From a virus (taxonomy: Duplodnaviria > Caudoviricetes): a stretch of DNA of 64,000 nt. Every line of letters starts with the position of its first letter. Position 1 is the first letter of the stretch. This document shows, piece after piece, positions 35,764 through 45,941 of this stretch. The notes beneath the pieces were generated by a model. The model made no database searches. It was not told where the DNA came from and was given only the letters and a program-made list of their open reading frames with translations. The stretch lies in the IMG/VR virus record IMGVR_UViG_3300021368_000002. One strand, written 5' to 3'. The position numbers were made by a program, and so were the translations under genes.

Positions 35764-38700
35764 GAATAACGTTTGAAGGAATAGCATTTCCTGAAGTTTT
35801 GTAAACATTAAGTGCTAACACGTCTGGACCGTTAGGAAATGTACCTCTACCACCTAAACTTGTGTTTGTAAGTTCTTTGATTGATGTAAGATCAATAACA
35901 GAACGTTCTCCCGGCACAGCGATAAATTTAAATATTGTTTCGCCTGGCTGTGCGTATACAGGTGGTGTTAAGCTCATAACAATAGTTGACCCAGCAGTCA
36001 ACCCTGTACCAGTTTGTGAGTATGTAATCCTATAAAATGTTGTAGTGTCAACTGTAATTTTCTGCACAGAAACAACCTGTGTACCAGCTGGGAAGTGTGT
36101 ATCAGTAGAATCTATGTTAGTTCCTTCTGTAGCATTTGAGGCTTCCCAACTTAATGCGGTAACAAGAGCATAGTTTGCATTTTCAGGTCCTAATGGATAT
36201 CCAAAAGTATAAGATGTGCCTGCATTAACTCTGTCTTTTGTTCTTCTGCTAAGTTGTACTCGTATGTAAGAACCATATGTGTTTACCTGAGTTACAGTTG
36301 TGTTGTTTCTAATATAATCACTAGGAGTTCCTGGTCCATTATATTCAACTGTCATACCTACTTGTATTGAACTACCACTTGGAACTGAACTTGTTGCAAT
36401 GTAAATTACATTTGTATTATTCCATGCCTGATAATATAGTGTAGCGTTAAAGCTAGGGGCAGTTGATAGTGTGGTTAAATTTGCTGTAACAGGCGTTGCA
36501 TCACCCCAGACAATAGCACCACTTGGCGCAATTTGAGCAAAACTAGGCTGTCCACCTTGTGCTTCGCCTCCTAGGTCTGTCCAACCAACATCTGCTGGAT
36601 TTTCAGGATAGTTCTGTGGATTTAAGATACCTTCAACAACAATACCTCCTGTATCACTTGCAGCTAATGGTTCGGAAGTAATTTCAATACCATTTAATAG
36701 CAACTGGGCTCTGTTTAATAATTCTCTATCACCAAGGTCGCCTGTAATAGCGTTAGAAACACTAGGCGCAAGTCTAATCATTAATGCAGTATTACGAACT
36801 GTACTTGCTTCAATGTTTGTAGCAGCATAAGAGAAAATGTAACCACGATCTTCATCAAAGCCACCATCTGTAATAAATGCTGATCCCCAGTGACTGATAA
36901 TAGGTGTAATAGTATTACTAATTAACACAACACCTGTTCTTCTTTCATGTTCAACAGCTGGTCCTGCTGTATACTGTCTTTGAGCGCCTGCTTGGAAGTT
37001 TGTCATTGTTGTACCTCTTGTACAACCTGTCAAATCATTTCCACTAACTCCTGTAAATGTTATAATTTCGTTATCAATTAACAATGTGCCGCCATCTGGA
37101 GGAAAGAAACTAGCGTCTTCTAATGTAATAGTAGTTTCAACATCATCTAAGTGTTCTGCAAGTTTGCCTGGAGGTCCTTCATTAGTAACTTCATAACGCA
37201 CAGGCAAGTTTCCTGAACGCATGAACGCTTCTGTGTTTACGTTTGAGTTACGCATTCTGTGACAGAATATAAAGTTACCATCTGCACCACGCAACATAAA
37301 GTCGATAAATCCAGCACCATACCAAGAATATTGAATTCCAATCATTTGCATTTTAGATATATCAGTATCGTATCCACTTTGCCCAGTTCCGTCTAATCTA
37401 TCTAAATTAAATGAATCTTGCTTGACTTTTTTATCTATTACAATACAACCTTTTGCATTGTAAGCAGGTGATACGCCTCTATAATCAGGTGTAACAATCA
37501 TTTCTGTTTGAGAATTTACATGAGCAACAACGTGTGTCATTCCTCTAATAACAATTCTATCACCTGCTTTTAATTGATCTTTAAATCTAGTTCCTGTGCC
37601 AGAAATAACATTTTCATCTGGATTTACATTAAGTGTACCTGCTATCTGGAACGTTGAACTTCTTTGTACAACAGAAATATTTCTCCCATCGTATTCCCAG
37701 AAAATTCCGTTTTGATCATCATATGCACCAGCCCTAACTGTAGCACCGTGCCAATTTAAAACTGATATTTGGCACCCAAATCCTAGTATAGGTATTTTGC
37801 TTCCTAATTGTGTAGTTGCAACTACTCTAAACTTTCTTTCTGAAACAATGTCAGAAACTCTATACGTACCGTCATAGCCTGCTGTGCTTACACCAATAAG
37901 TTTTATTGTACCGCCAACTTGTAATCCGTGATCCACATCGTCAGTTTCGATTGTTAATATATCTCCTACTCCTGTACCTGTGCTTTCTATGCTAAGAACA
38001 TCATAACTAGGTGCAAACAATGCACCAGTAGTATACATAATACCTTTACCTGACTGATATCTAATGTAGTTTTTACTTTGACGTATGGCTTGCGCACCGT
38101 GTTGTGGTCCGCCTGTACCTAGCTGAACACCACCATCATACGGTCTATGAATAAAGAAAGAATCTGGTCTGGTGTAAATAGTTGCAGTAATACTAGTTGC
38201 AATGTCTATTGTACCTGCCGTTCTAGCAACATATCTTAATTTGTTTTTTTCTGGTACATTTGTTGCAATAAATGATCCACCTGCCAAAGCATGGTTATTT
38301 GACCCGTCATCCGATGCAACTGCAACAATGAATGTTCCGCCCGGTATTAATCCATGAGGATTATCAAACTGAACTTCTATTGTTGCTAGACTTTCAAAAT
38401 CAATACTTGTTGTAGCAGGTAATGCTGCTGTAGTAGTTTCTGTAAATGTAACAGTTCCATAAAAATTAATAGCTGCTGCTGCTGTCACTGTACCTGTGAT
38501 TGTTGCTGTTAATATTGCACCTACACTATCTATACTTTCTACAACAATAGTTGCATCATTTGTTGGAGATGCGCCTCCTAAAGATTCGCCGCTAATAAAA
38601 ATAGTATTACCAGGATAATAGCCTGTGCCTGTACCGCCTGGATCAACTTCTATGCTATACGCACTGACTGTTCTAGTTATATCAAATGCTGCTGCTGTTC

Positions 38701-41700
38701 CATTAAGTGGAGAGTATGTGCTGTTTGTATTAGTATATGTACCCGATCCGTTTCCGCCTGTTCCTGAAACAGTTGCAGTTAAAATTTGTCCGCTCGAATC
38801 TACTGTCGATACGGTTATTGTTGCATCATTAGCCGGAGTTACACCGCCGATTTCATTACCTGGAACAACAATAGTATCGTTCTGTCTATAGCCTAAACCA
38901 CCATTATCTACAGATTGAACAGTGTAAACTTGACTAGCAAGGTTAATTGTAAATACAGCACCTGCACCTGCTACGTTTGTTCCTGAAATGCCGATTGCTT
39001 CCCCTACGTTTGCTGCTGTTCCTGAATGGTTAATTTGGGTGATTTCGCCTGTGCCTAAATCTATATCAGCCACAGTAATTGTTAAATCATTTGTCGGTGA
39101 TGTACCTCCTAGATTTGCACCAGAAATAGTTAGAGTATCGCCTATATTATATGCTGTACCACCGTTTTGCACTGATGGAGAGTATGTAGTTCCTGTTCTG
39201 CTAACAATAAATGCTGCATCTGCTCCGCCACTTGCAGTTGTATACGCAGGATCAATATAATTTCCAAATCCGTCCGGTGCTGTTCCAGATACAGTTACGC
39301 TTGTAATTTCTCCGTTTGAACCAACTGTGCTTACAGTAACTATTAAATCATTTGCAGGTGTTGCTCCGCCTACTTGATCACCAGTTATAGTGATTTCGTC
39401 TGTCGTAGTATAATTAGCACCCCTTAAATCAGGAGCTGTACCTGCAATGCTTGCTGTTAGAACTGCACCTGTTCCATCAACTGTCAAAACAGTTATAGTT
39501 GCATCATTAGCTGGAGATGATCCGCCTACTTGTGCACCTGTAAGTAAAAGTTGATCACCTTGTGAATATTCTTGACCGCCGCCGACTACAGTAACACTAT
39601 AGCTAGATCCTGTTGCACTTATGTCAAAACTTGCACCAGTACCATAAATTACATTTCCTGTTTGAGCTCCATAGTTTGCCTCATTTACTGCCAAACCTGC
39701 TCCGCTTACTCCAGTGATTCCTCCACTGCCGTCTACACTAGTTATTGTAATGGTACAGTCGTTAGTAGGACTAGATCCACCTAAATCTGTACCTGGTACA
39801 ACAAATGTTTCATTTTGAGAATACCCTGTACCTGGATTTGTAATTTGAGGGCTATATGAAGTACCGTTTGTTTGCACAACAAAACTTGCATCTACGCCGC
39901 TGCCGCCGCTATAATTAAGAGTCACAGATGCATAGTTATTTTGGGCATCTACTGCTGTTCCAGCAACACTTACACTTAAAATTTCTCCAGTAACACCGTC
40001 TACACTTGCTACAGTTACAATACAATCATTTGTACCATCGACGCCACCTAAGTTACTACCTAATATTCTTATATTGTCGCCTTGCTGATAAGATAAACCA
40101 CCATTCTGGACAGTGGCAAAATATGAATTATTTCCTGTTGTGATTAATAAAATAGCACCATTGCCGTCAGGTTCTTCTGCATCTATAGGAAATCCATTTA
40201 AGGCAATTTGACTTGTAGTAGCCGAGTAAACATTATTAGTGTATGTTATATCAAATGCTGCACCAGTACCTTGACCGTTTTGAAGTTGTCCTGCTATATT
40301 AGGAAATAATCCGTCAGCAGGTGCAGCAGTTCCCGTACTTGATATACTAGTAATGTCTCCGCTTGCGCCTACACCTGTTACCCTAATAAATAAATCATGT
40401 GTTGGCGATGTTCCGCCTAATAAATTACCTGCAATCTGTAGCGAATCATTTACATCATATCCCGAACCAGCATTATTTATAGTAGGAGTATACGATCCTG
40501 CAGATCTAACTACATCAAATCTTGCATCAATACCGCCTGATGTTGTTTTAAGTGTGCCAACGACTCCTGTATACTCAACATTAGAACCAGGAATAGGAGA
40601 TGTAATTGGACCACTTAAAGTAACAGTATTTCCACTTACTTGAGTAACAGTTACACCTTCTCCGTCACCCCTGTCCATTCCGTAACCAACTAGTATGCCT
40701 GAAGCACTTGTAACATCAAATTCACTTACTCCTGATGGAATATCTTGTGCAGTGTCTGCGGTGAATTCTATACCAGCACCTGTGCCGTTTATTGCTGTAA
40801 CCTGAGCACCAGTAGGAATAGCACCAGTTGCATCAACTAAAGGAGCACCAATTTCTGGAACATCTCCTGAAAATCCAATTGTGTCACTTTCGCTTGGCCA
40901 ATCTAAATTTACAGCAAAAGTACCAGAACTACCATTACTTGCTACTGTAAATTCTGGATCGCCTATTGCAGCGCCAGTAAAATAGCCTGCTTTCCTTAGC
41001 TGTGTATAGGTTGTAGAAATGACTTCGCCATTAGTTGTTCCTACTTTTGATTTGGCATAAAAATTAAATTGTTTATCGTTTACAACTTGATTTACTGCAA
41101 AGCTGCCTTCAGCTCTGCCAAATCCTAGTGCAGAACTACCTAATCCTTTTATTGTAAAAGGACCGCCTTGAGATAATCCATGAGTAACAATAGTGTTAAC
41201 AGTTATTAAACTAGAACCAATGCCTTGTGTTCCAGAAGAAGCATCTGTAGTCACAGACTCTACGCTTATTTCTGTACCAGGTATTTCGTAAATAGAAGGG
41301 TAACCTCTTGCCATACCAATCGCTTGCCATTTGGTTGGCTGTAGTCCATATTCAAAGTCAGCATCAAGCATAGACTGAGCGTTAGCAACTCTGTTTCTTT
41401 CGATTGCATCTGTACCAAAATCATATGGTCTTACACGTTGTTCTTTTTCTTCAACAAAGATTTGTAATCTATCAGTTGATGCATGAGTTGCTGTATTGTA
41501 GTATAATTTTAATGATGTAATAGTATCAGCTGTTTGATCAAAGCTAGGAAAATCTGTTTCGTTTAAGTTATCACTATCTTTTAAAAATTCAACTTCTGCA
41601 AGTTTTGTTGGATCGCTAAAGCTATATACAACATGGCCTTTTGTAACATTTGTTATTAACAAAATGTCTTCTTCGTTATAACGACCTTGGAAACGTATAG

Positions 41701-42742
41701 TTCCTAGTCCGTTTGTTTTTGTTCCCATATTACTAGTACCATTTTGTATGGTATTTGTTAATAGTAATGTAAGCGCAGTTAAATTATCTGTTGTTCCTGC
41801 TTCTGTGCTAATTTGAGGATCAAAAGATTGTTGTGTAACAACAGGTGTTTGTAAAGTCGTATGAGCTACTTGAGGTAAAATATTATTGTTAATTAAATCT
41901 CTTATCCAATTATGTGTTTCTATTTCAGGTGTCCTAGGTCCATCAATCTGAGGAACATCTTGTACCCAATATTTTTCTGCGGTTTCGAATGTTTCTTTGT
42001 TTCCACCATACTGTAAATCTTTAATATATGCATCTAATACATAACCTACGTCTCTTTCGCATTTATATGTATTGTAGGTATAATCAGCAAAAGCATATCC
42101 ATATGTTGCTGTAGGCAAACTACCTAGTCCATTGTTTACAACAGCTAGAGCACTTGTAAGAATATTGCCTACCTTAATTTGGGCTGCTGGTTCGCCGTTG
42201 TTTGAATTAGTTGCTTGAACTTGACCGACTTGCTGTACAGGATTTTTTATAGTATTAATAAGAATAAAATCCGTAATTAATGCTTCTAGCTCTACATAAA
42301 CATCATTATAAACATCAAAGGTAGGTTCATGTAAAGAAGTTTCGTCATTCCAGTTATTAGACATATGAGCATTAGTTTTATAATTACCGCCATATCTTAC
42401 ATCATATTCTAATGCATTTAAGAAATTTGTCAAATCTGTATTCCAGTAAGCATCATCATATGTAATACCTATAAAGTTGCCCTGGTTTGTAGAAATTTGT
42501 GATTGTATCCATGCTTTCATTTCTGCTACTATAAACTGTTTATTGATGTTCAACAGAGTATAGGCAAATGGATAATCGTTTTGAGCAGTATCTGTTGTAA
42601 TTCTTCCGTTAATATAACCAACTGATTCGTCTTTAATAAATTCTTTATTTGCTTCTAGTAAAGCAGTTGCATTTGGACGTTCATTATCTAGAAGTCCATT
42701 TCCCGGATTAAAAACGTATGTAGGTATTTTTCTCTTTGCCAT
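35738..42742 (-). CDS. 2334-aa virion structural (tail/baseplate appendage) protein
   Basis: N-terminal phycobiliprotein-like helical domains, eight Gly/Thr-rich repeats, RQSKNYIRYQSGKG domain typical of T4-like marine phage structural proteins. Confidence 0.75.
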   Translation of the reverse strand: MAKRKIPTYVFNPGNGLLDNERPNATALLEANKEFIKDESVGYINGRITTDTAQNDYPFAYTLLNINKQFIVAEMKAWIQSQISTNQGNFIGITYDDAYWNTDLTNFLNALEYDVRYGGNYKTNAHMSNNWNDETSLHEPTFDVYNDVYVELEALITDFILINTIKNPVQQVGQVQATNSNNGEPAAQIKVGNILTSALAVVNNGLGSLPTATYGYAFADYTYNTYKCERDVGYVLDAYIKDLQYGGNKETFETAEKYWVQDVPQIDGPRTPEIETHNWIRDLINNNILPQVAHTTLQTPVVTQQSFDPQISTEAGTTDNLTALTLLLTNTIQNGTSNMGTKTNGLGTIRFQGRYNEEDILLITNVTKGHVVYSFSDPTKLAEVEFLKDSDNLNETDFPSFDQTADTITSLKLYYNTATHASTDRLQIFVEEKEQRVRPYDFGTDAIERNRVANAQSMLDADFEYGLQPTKWQAIGMARGYPSIYEIPGTEISVESVTTDASSGTQGIGSSLITVNTIVTHGLSQGGPFTIKGLGSSALGFGRAEGSFAVNQVVNDKQFNFYAKSKVGTTNGEVISTTYTQLRKAGYFTGAAIGDPEFTVASNGSSGTFAVNLDWPSESDTIGFSGDVPEIGAPLVDATGAIPTGAQVTAINGTGAGIEFTADTAQDIPSGVSEFDVTSASGILVGYGMDRGDGEGVTVTQVSGNTVTLSGPITSPIPGSNVEYTGVVGTLKTTSGGIDARFDVVRSAGSYTPTINNAGSGYDVNDSLQIAGNLLGGTSPTHDLFIRVTGVGASGDITSISSTGTAAPADGLFPNIAGQLQNGQGTGAAFDITYTNNVYSATTSQIALNGFPIDAEEPDGNGAILLITTGNNSYFATVQNGGLSYQQGDNIRILGSNLGGVDGTNDCIVTVASVDGVTGEILSVSVAGTAVDAQNNYASVTLNYSGGSGVDASFVVQTNGTSYSPQITNPGTGYSQNETFVVPGTDLGGSSPTNDCTITITSVDGSGGITGVSGAGLAVNEANYGAQTGNVIYGTGASFDISATGSSYSVTVVGGGQEYSQGDQLLLTGAQVGGSSPANDATITVLTVDGTGAVLTASIAGTAPDLRGANYTTTDEITITGDQVGGATPANDLIVTVSTVGSNGEITSVTVSGTAPDGFGNYIDPAYTTASGGADAAFIVSRTGTTYSPSVQNGGTAYNIGDTLTISGANLGGTSPTNDLTITVADIDLGTGEITQINHSGTAANVGEAIGISGTNVAGAGAVFTINLASQVYTVQSVDNGGLGYRQNDTIVVPGNEIGGVTPANDATITVSTVDSSGQILTATVSGTGGNGSGTYTNTNSTYSPLNGTAAAFDITRTVSAYSIEVDPGGTGTGYYPGNTIFISGESLGGASPTNDATIVVESIDSVGAILTATITGTVTAAAAINFYGTVTFTETTTAALPATTSIDFESLATIEVQFDNPHGLIPGGTFIVAVASDDGSNNHALAGGSFIATNVPEKNKLRYVARTAGTIDIATSITATIYTRPDSFFIHRPYDGGVQLGTGGPQHGAQAIRQSKNYIRYQSGKGIMYTTGALFAPSYDVLSIESTGTGVGDILTIETDDVDHGLQVGGTIKLIGVSTAGYDGTYRVSDIVSERKFRVVATTQLGSKIPILGFGCQISVLNWHGATVRAGAYDDQNGIFWEYDGRNISVVQRSSTFQIAGTLNVNPDENVISGTGTRFKDQLKAGDRIVIRGMTHVVAHVNSQTEMIVTPDYRGVSPAYNAKGCIVIDKKVKQDSFNLDRLDGTGQSGYDTDISKMQMIGIQYSWYGAGFIDFMLRGADGNFIFCHRMRNSNVNTEAFMRSGNLPVRYEVTNEGPPGKLAEHLDDVETTITLEDASFFPPDGGTLLIDNEIITFTGVSGNDLTGCTRGTTMTNFQAGAQRQYTAGPAVEHERRTGVVLISNTITPIISHWGSAFITDGGFDEDRGYIFSYAATNIEASTVRNTALMIRLAPSVSNAITGDLGDRELLNRAQLLLNGIEITSEPLAASDTGGIVVEGILNPQNYPENPADVGWTDLGGEAQGGQPSFAQIAPSGAIVWGDATPVTANLTTLSTAPSFNATLYYQAWNNTNVIYIATSSVPSGSSIQVGMTVEYNGPGTPSDYIRNNTTVTQVNTYGSYIRVQLSRRTKDRVNAGTSYTFGYPLGPENANYALVTALSWEASNATEGTNIDSTDTHFPAGTQVVSVQKITVDTTTFYRITYSQTGTGLTAGSTIVMSLTPPVYAQPGETIFKFIAVPGERSVIDLTSIKELTNTSLGGRGTFPNGPDVLALNVYKTSGNAIPSNVILKWGEAQA
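38490..40490 (-). repeat. eight protein-level repeats G.GY..GD.I.I.G..LGG.SPTND..I.V..VD..G.I
   Basis: Counted in the translation; diverged at DNA level. Confidence 0.85.
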
Positions 42743-42746
42743 ATTT

Positions 42747-43706
42747 TTAACTTCCTAATGCGATTGCAAATGCAATGCTATTATTATCTACGTAACTTTT
42801 GTTTGTAAGATCATTAGCACTTGTAGGTGTTCCTGTTGCCGAGACAGTTGTAAATGATCCAGAAGCAGGAGTTGTTGTGCCTATTGATATTCCGTTTAAA
42901 GATCCACTTGTAGCAGTCAAAGCTGTAAAAGTTCCAGCAGCAGGAACAGTTGTTCCTACATCCATATTATTTATTGTTCCTTTAGCGCCGCTATTGATAG
43001 TAAGTGTTCCTGTGCCTGTTGGGATAATTGTGACATTTTGATCTACAGGCTGTAATGTAACTTCACTTGTTGCACTTAGAGTATTTGCTGTGATATCTAA
43101 GCCTGATATAGATCCACTACCAGCACTTATTCTTACAGTTCCTATACCTGTAGGCTGTAATCTAATATCTGCATCAGTGCCTAAAGCATTTAAATTTCCT
43201 GCAACAGTAAGTGTTCTAAAACTTGCGTTACCTGTGATTACAGGTTCTTGAACAGTAATAAGTCCAAAAGGTAATCCATCAGCATCTGAAAATCTAAGTG
43301 TATCAGGAGCATCTACAGGTACATTAAATGTAAATGTTCCTGTTGTTCTATTTTGTGCATCAGCTCCTGTAAAAGTGTTTCCTCCTACAACAACTGAAAT
43401 ACCTTCGTTATACGGACTCGATCCATCTCCAGTTTTTATGTTCCATGTTAGTGTAGATAAAGTAATATCAAAACTATATGTAGAACCTTTTTCTAAAGTT
43501 ATTGTCGGATTATCGCCTACAACGCCCGCAAAATTAAAGCCAGTTCCTGCAATGTTCTGGGTGACTTGGTAATCAGCAGTTGAGTCTTCTTCTTCAATTA
43601 CACTGTATGTAATAGATCTTAAAGTTACGTTACCTTCGTCGTCAACTTCAAACCCTGGACTTTTAAATCCGAACTCTGATTCAAACTTATTATACTGAAG
43701 CGGCAT
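42747..43706 (-). CDS. fibre-like structural protein with ligand-less cupredoxin-like domain
   Basis: NPTITLEKGSTYSF..DAPDTL module; fibre motifs IGTTTPASGSFT and TNKSYVD. Confidence 0.65.
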   Translation of the reverse strand: MPLQYNKFESEFGFKSPGFEVDDEGNVTLRSITYSVIEEEDSTADYQVTQNIAGTGFNFAGVVGDNPTITLEKGSTYSFDITLSTLTWNIKTGDGSSPYNEGISVVVGGNTFTGADAQNRTTGTFTFNVPVDAPDTLRFSDADGLPFGLITVQEPVITGNASFRTLTVAGNLNALGTDADIRLQPTGIGTVRISAGSGSISGLDITANTLSATSEVTLQPVDQNVTIIPTGTGTLTINSGAKGTINNMDVGTTVPAAGTFTALTATSGSLNGISIGTTTPASGSFTTVSATGTPTSANDLTNKSYVDNNSIAFAIALGS

Positions 43707-43725
43707 TTATATACTCCTACTAACA

Positions 43726-43731
43726 TATTTA
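43726..43731 (-). promoter_or_regulatory. late-type promoter gaTAAATA
   Basis: Upstream of a TAGGAG Shine-Dalgarno. Confidence 0.55.
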
Positions 43732-43735
43732 TCCA

Positions 43736-44146
43736 TTAGATACGTTCTAATAAATTTTGGTTGTTGAAGTAAAATGCATTAACAACTACCTTACTGTTTT
43801 TGACTGCATCTGAAGCGGGTGTTGCTTTTATTGTAACAAATGATTCATTTACTGTTGCACTTAAATTAATTAAATCGCTACCTATAGACGATCTTCCGTA
43901 AACAACTAGTGATGCATTTTCTATACTTGCAGCTACTAAACATTTTATAATTTCTTTATTACGTGTATCAAAGTCACACATAATAGTATATTCAGCAGCA
44001 CAAAAGTCGCCTAAGAAAAATCTATCAATTTCAGTTTCCTGTGGAATCGCTATCCAAGGACCTGTTCTTGAAAGATTTGTATCATTTTTTAATGCAATAG
44101 TATTTTTTCTACCAACTTGTAGAAATTTATCTATAAAGATTGCCAT
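43736..44146 (-). CDS. small beta-rich structural protein
   Basis: AEY.I..KE..LV..VYG..L..ATV..ATP pattern; own late motif at 44164-44169. Confidence 0.6.
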   Translation of the reverse strand: MAIFIDKFLQVGRKNTIALKNDTNLSRTGPWIAIPQETEIDRFFLGDFCAAEYTIMCDFDTRNKEIIKCLVAASIENASLVVYGRSSIGSDLINLSATVNESFVTIKATPASDAVKNSKVVVNAFYFNNQNLLERI

Positions 44147-44163
44147 ACATTACCCCTTTGTAT

Positions 44164-44169
44164 TATTTA
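44164..44169 (-). promoter_or_regulatory. late-type promoter gaTAAATA
   Basis: Upstream of an AAGGGG Shine-Dalgarno. Confidence 0.55.
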
Positions 44170-45939
44170 TCGCAAGGTAACTAACTTTCCGTACTCAGGC
44201 AAGTACAAGTAATCCAGATCACTTTGTTGTAAAGTCCAAAATGCATCTTCTAATGTTTCTACCAATGGTTCGCCACCTAAATTAAAACTCGTGTTGAAAA
44301 TAATAGGGCAGCCGGTCTTATCTTTAAATGTTTTAATTAGATCATAATAATTTGGATTCTGTTCTCTATTAACAGTTTGTATACGACAAGTACCATCTAC
44401 ATGAATAATAGCAGGAATCTTTTTCTCAATGCCAGGTTGACAGTTTACAGCATACATCATTGTAGGAGACGACTTCATACCACGTAGATCAAACCATTCA
44501 TGTGCATCTTCTTCAAGAATTGATCCAGCAAACGGACGGAAGTATTCTCTACGTTTAACTTCATTCACAAAATCCTTGCCATTAGGATCTGTAGGATCAT
44601 ATAGTATACTTCTGTTACCTAATGCACGTGGTCCATTTTCTGATCTTCCTTGGAAAATACATACAATATTTTTTTCTGTAATTAAATTTACTACATCCTC
44701 ATTAGTAGCGTCTTCTACAGTTGCTCCCCACTCTTCAGCTAAAGTTTCTATTTTATTTGAATAATCGTATTCAAATCCTAAGTACAATATATCTTGTCTA
44801 CCGTTATTTTTTGTAATTTTAGTTAAACTACGCCAATGTAGATATGCTGCACCAATAGCTGTACCGCAATCATTACTTACAGGTTCTACATATATTTCTA
44901 TACCGTCTTTTTGAAGATGCTGCAAATAAAAATAGTTAGCTACACAATTTAATCCATACCCGCCACTTATTACTACTTTTTTATGTCCTGTTAGTTCAAC
45001 TGCTTTATAAATTAAATTTAGAACTTGCTGTTGTGTTTGGGTTTGAACAGCATATGCCATGTCTCTCCTATTTTGTAATAGAGTAAGATCTTGACTATCG
45101 TGGTTGTCTAAATATTCAAAGTGTCCAGAGTTAACAAACGCTCCGTTTGGATAATTAGGAGTTATTATATTTCTATTAGAATATTCGCCTCTATCTGTTT
45201 TTTCAAATAGCGGCGGTATATCATCATTAGGTTTACCGTAAGGAAACAACCCCATTGTTTTTCCTGCTTCAATAAAATCCCAACCACAATAATTTGTTAC
45301 TGCTTCATACGTTTTTGTAATACCAGCTTTTTCAGTTACTGCTAATTCTATAGTTCCTTTTTCGTCGATAAAATCTGCATTACTTTCTTTATTGTAGCTA
45401 CTAAGCATAGGACCTCTTCCGCCTAAGTGCTTGTATTTTGTTTCAAAAATATCAGGATATCTACAATCAAAAATAGACTCAACTTCCCATATAGTTTCAT
45501 ATTCATTTGCAGGAATAAATGTACCTGCGCCATCAACTACGACTGCTGCTGCTTCATCAAACCCACTTCTGTAAAATGCACAAGCTGCATGAAGTTTGTG
45601 ATGATATTTTGCCATATCTATTACTTGGGGATGCTCTCCTGGCATTGCTTGTTTTTGTATCAATCCTAGCTTGCGAGCTAATGCTGTATAAATGTCCTCT
45701 CCTGTAAAGTCATTCTTGCCAGCTGTTTCCTGCAATGGTTGAGTATGAGCAATAACCAACCAGTCTAGTTTATCAGTATATTCTAATATTTTTGTCATCG
45801 ATGCAAGAGGTCCGCCGTCATATTTGACACGACTTAAACGTTCTTCTTCTATACTGAATACAACTTCACCGTCCTTAAGTAATGCAACACTTGCATTATG
45901 TCCTCTTGCTATTGCAGCAATCCATGTACTACTTTTCAT
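44167..45939 (-). CDS. carbamoyltransferase (NodU/CmcH/TobZ family)
   Basis: GHNASVA, EEERLSRVK, HH..HA, VVDGAG, GKTMGL..YG, SGGYGLN, GPRALGNRS, KRRE.FRPF, HVDGT.R.QT, NTSFN..GEP. Confidence 0.95.
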   Translation of the reverse strand: MKSSTWIAAIARGHNASVALLKDGEVVFSIEEERLSRVKYDGGPLASMTKILEYTDKLDWLVIAHTQPLQETAGKNDFTGEDIYTALARKLGLIQKQAMPGEHPQVIDMAKYHHKLHAACAFYRSGFDEAAAVVVDGAGTFIPANEYETIWEVESIFDCRYPDIFETKYKHLGGRGPMLSSYNKESNADFIDEKGTIELAVTEKAGITKTYEAVTNYCGWDFIEAGKTMGLFPYGKPNDDIPPLFEKTDRGEYSNRNIITPNYPNGAFVNSGHFEYLDNHDSQDLTLLQNRRDMAYAVQTQTQQQVLNLIYKAVELTGHKKVVISGGYGLNCVANYFYLQHLQKDGIEIYVEPVSNDCGTAIGAAYLHWRSLTKITKNNGRQDILYLGFEYDYSNKIETLAEEWGATVEDATNEDVVNLITEKNIVCIFQGRSENGPRALGNRSILYDPTDPNGKDFVNEVKRREYFRPFAGSILEEDAHEWFDLRGMKSSPTMMYAVNCQPGIEKKIPAIIHVDGTCRIQTVNREQNPNYYDLIKTFKDKTGCPIIFNTSFNLGGEPLVETLEDAFWTLQQSDLDYLYLPEYGKLVTLR

Positions 45940-45941
45940 AA

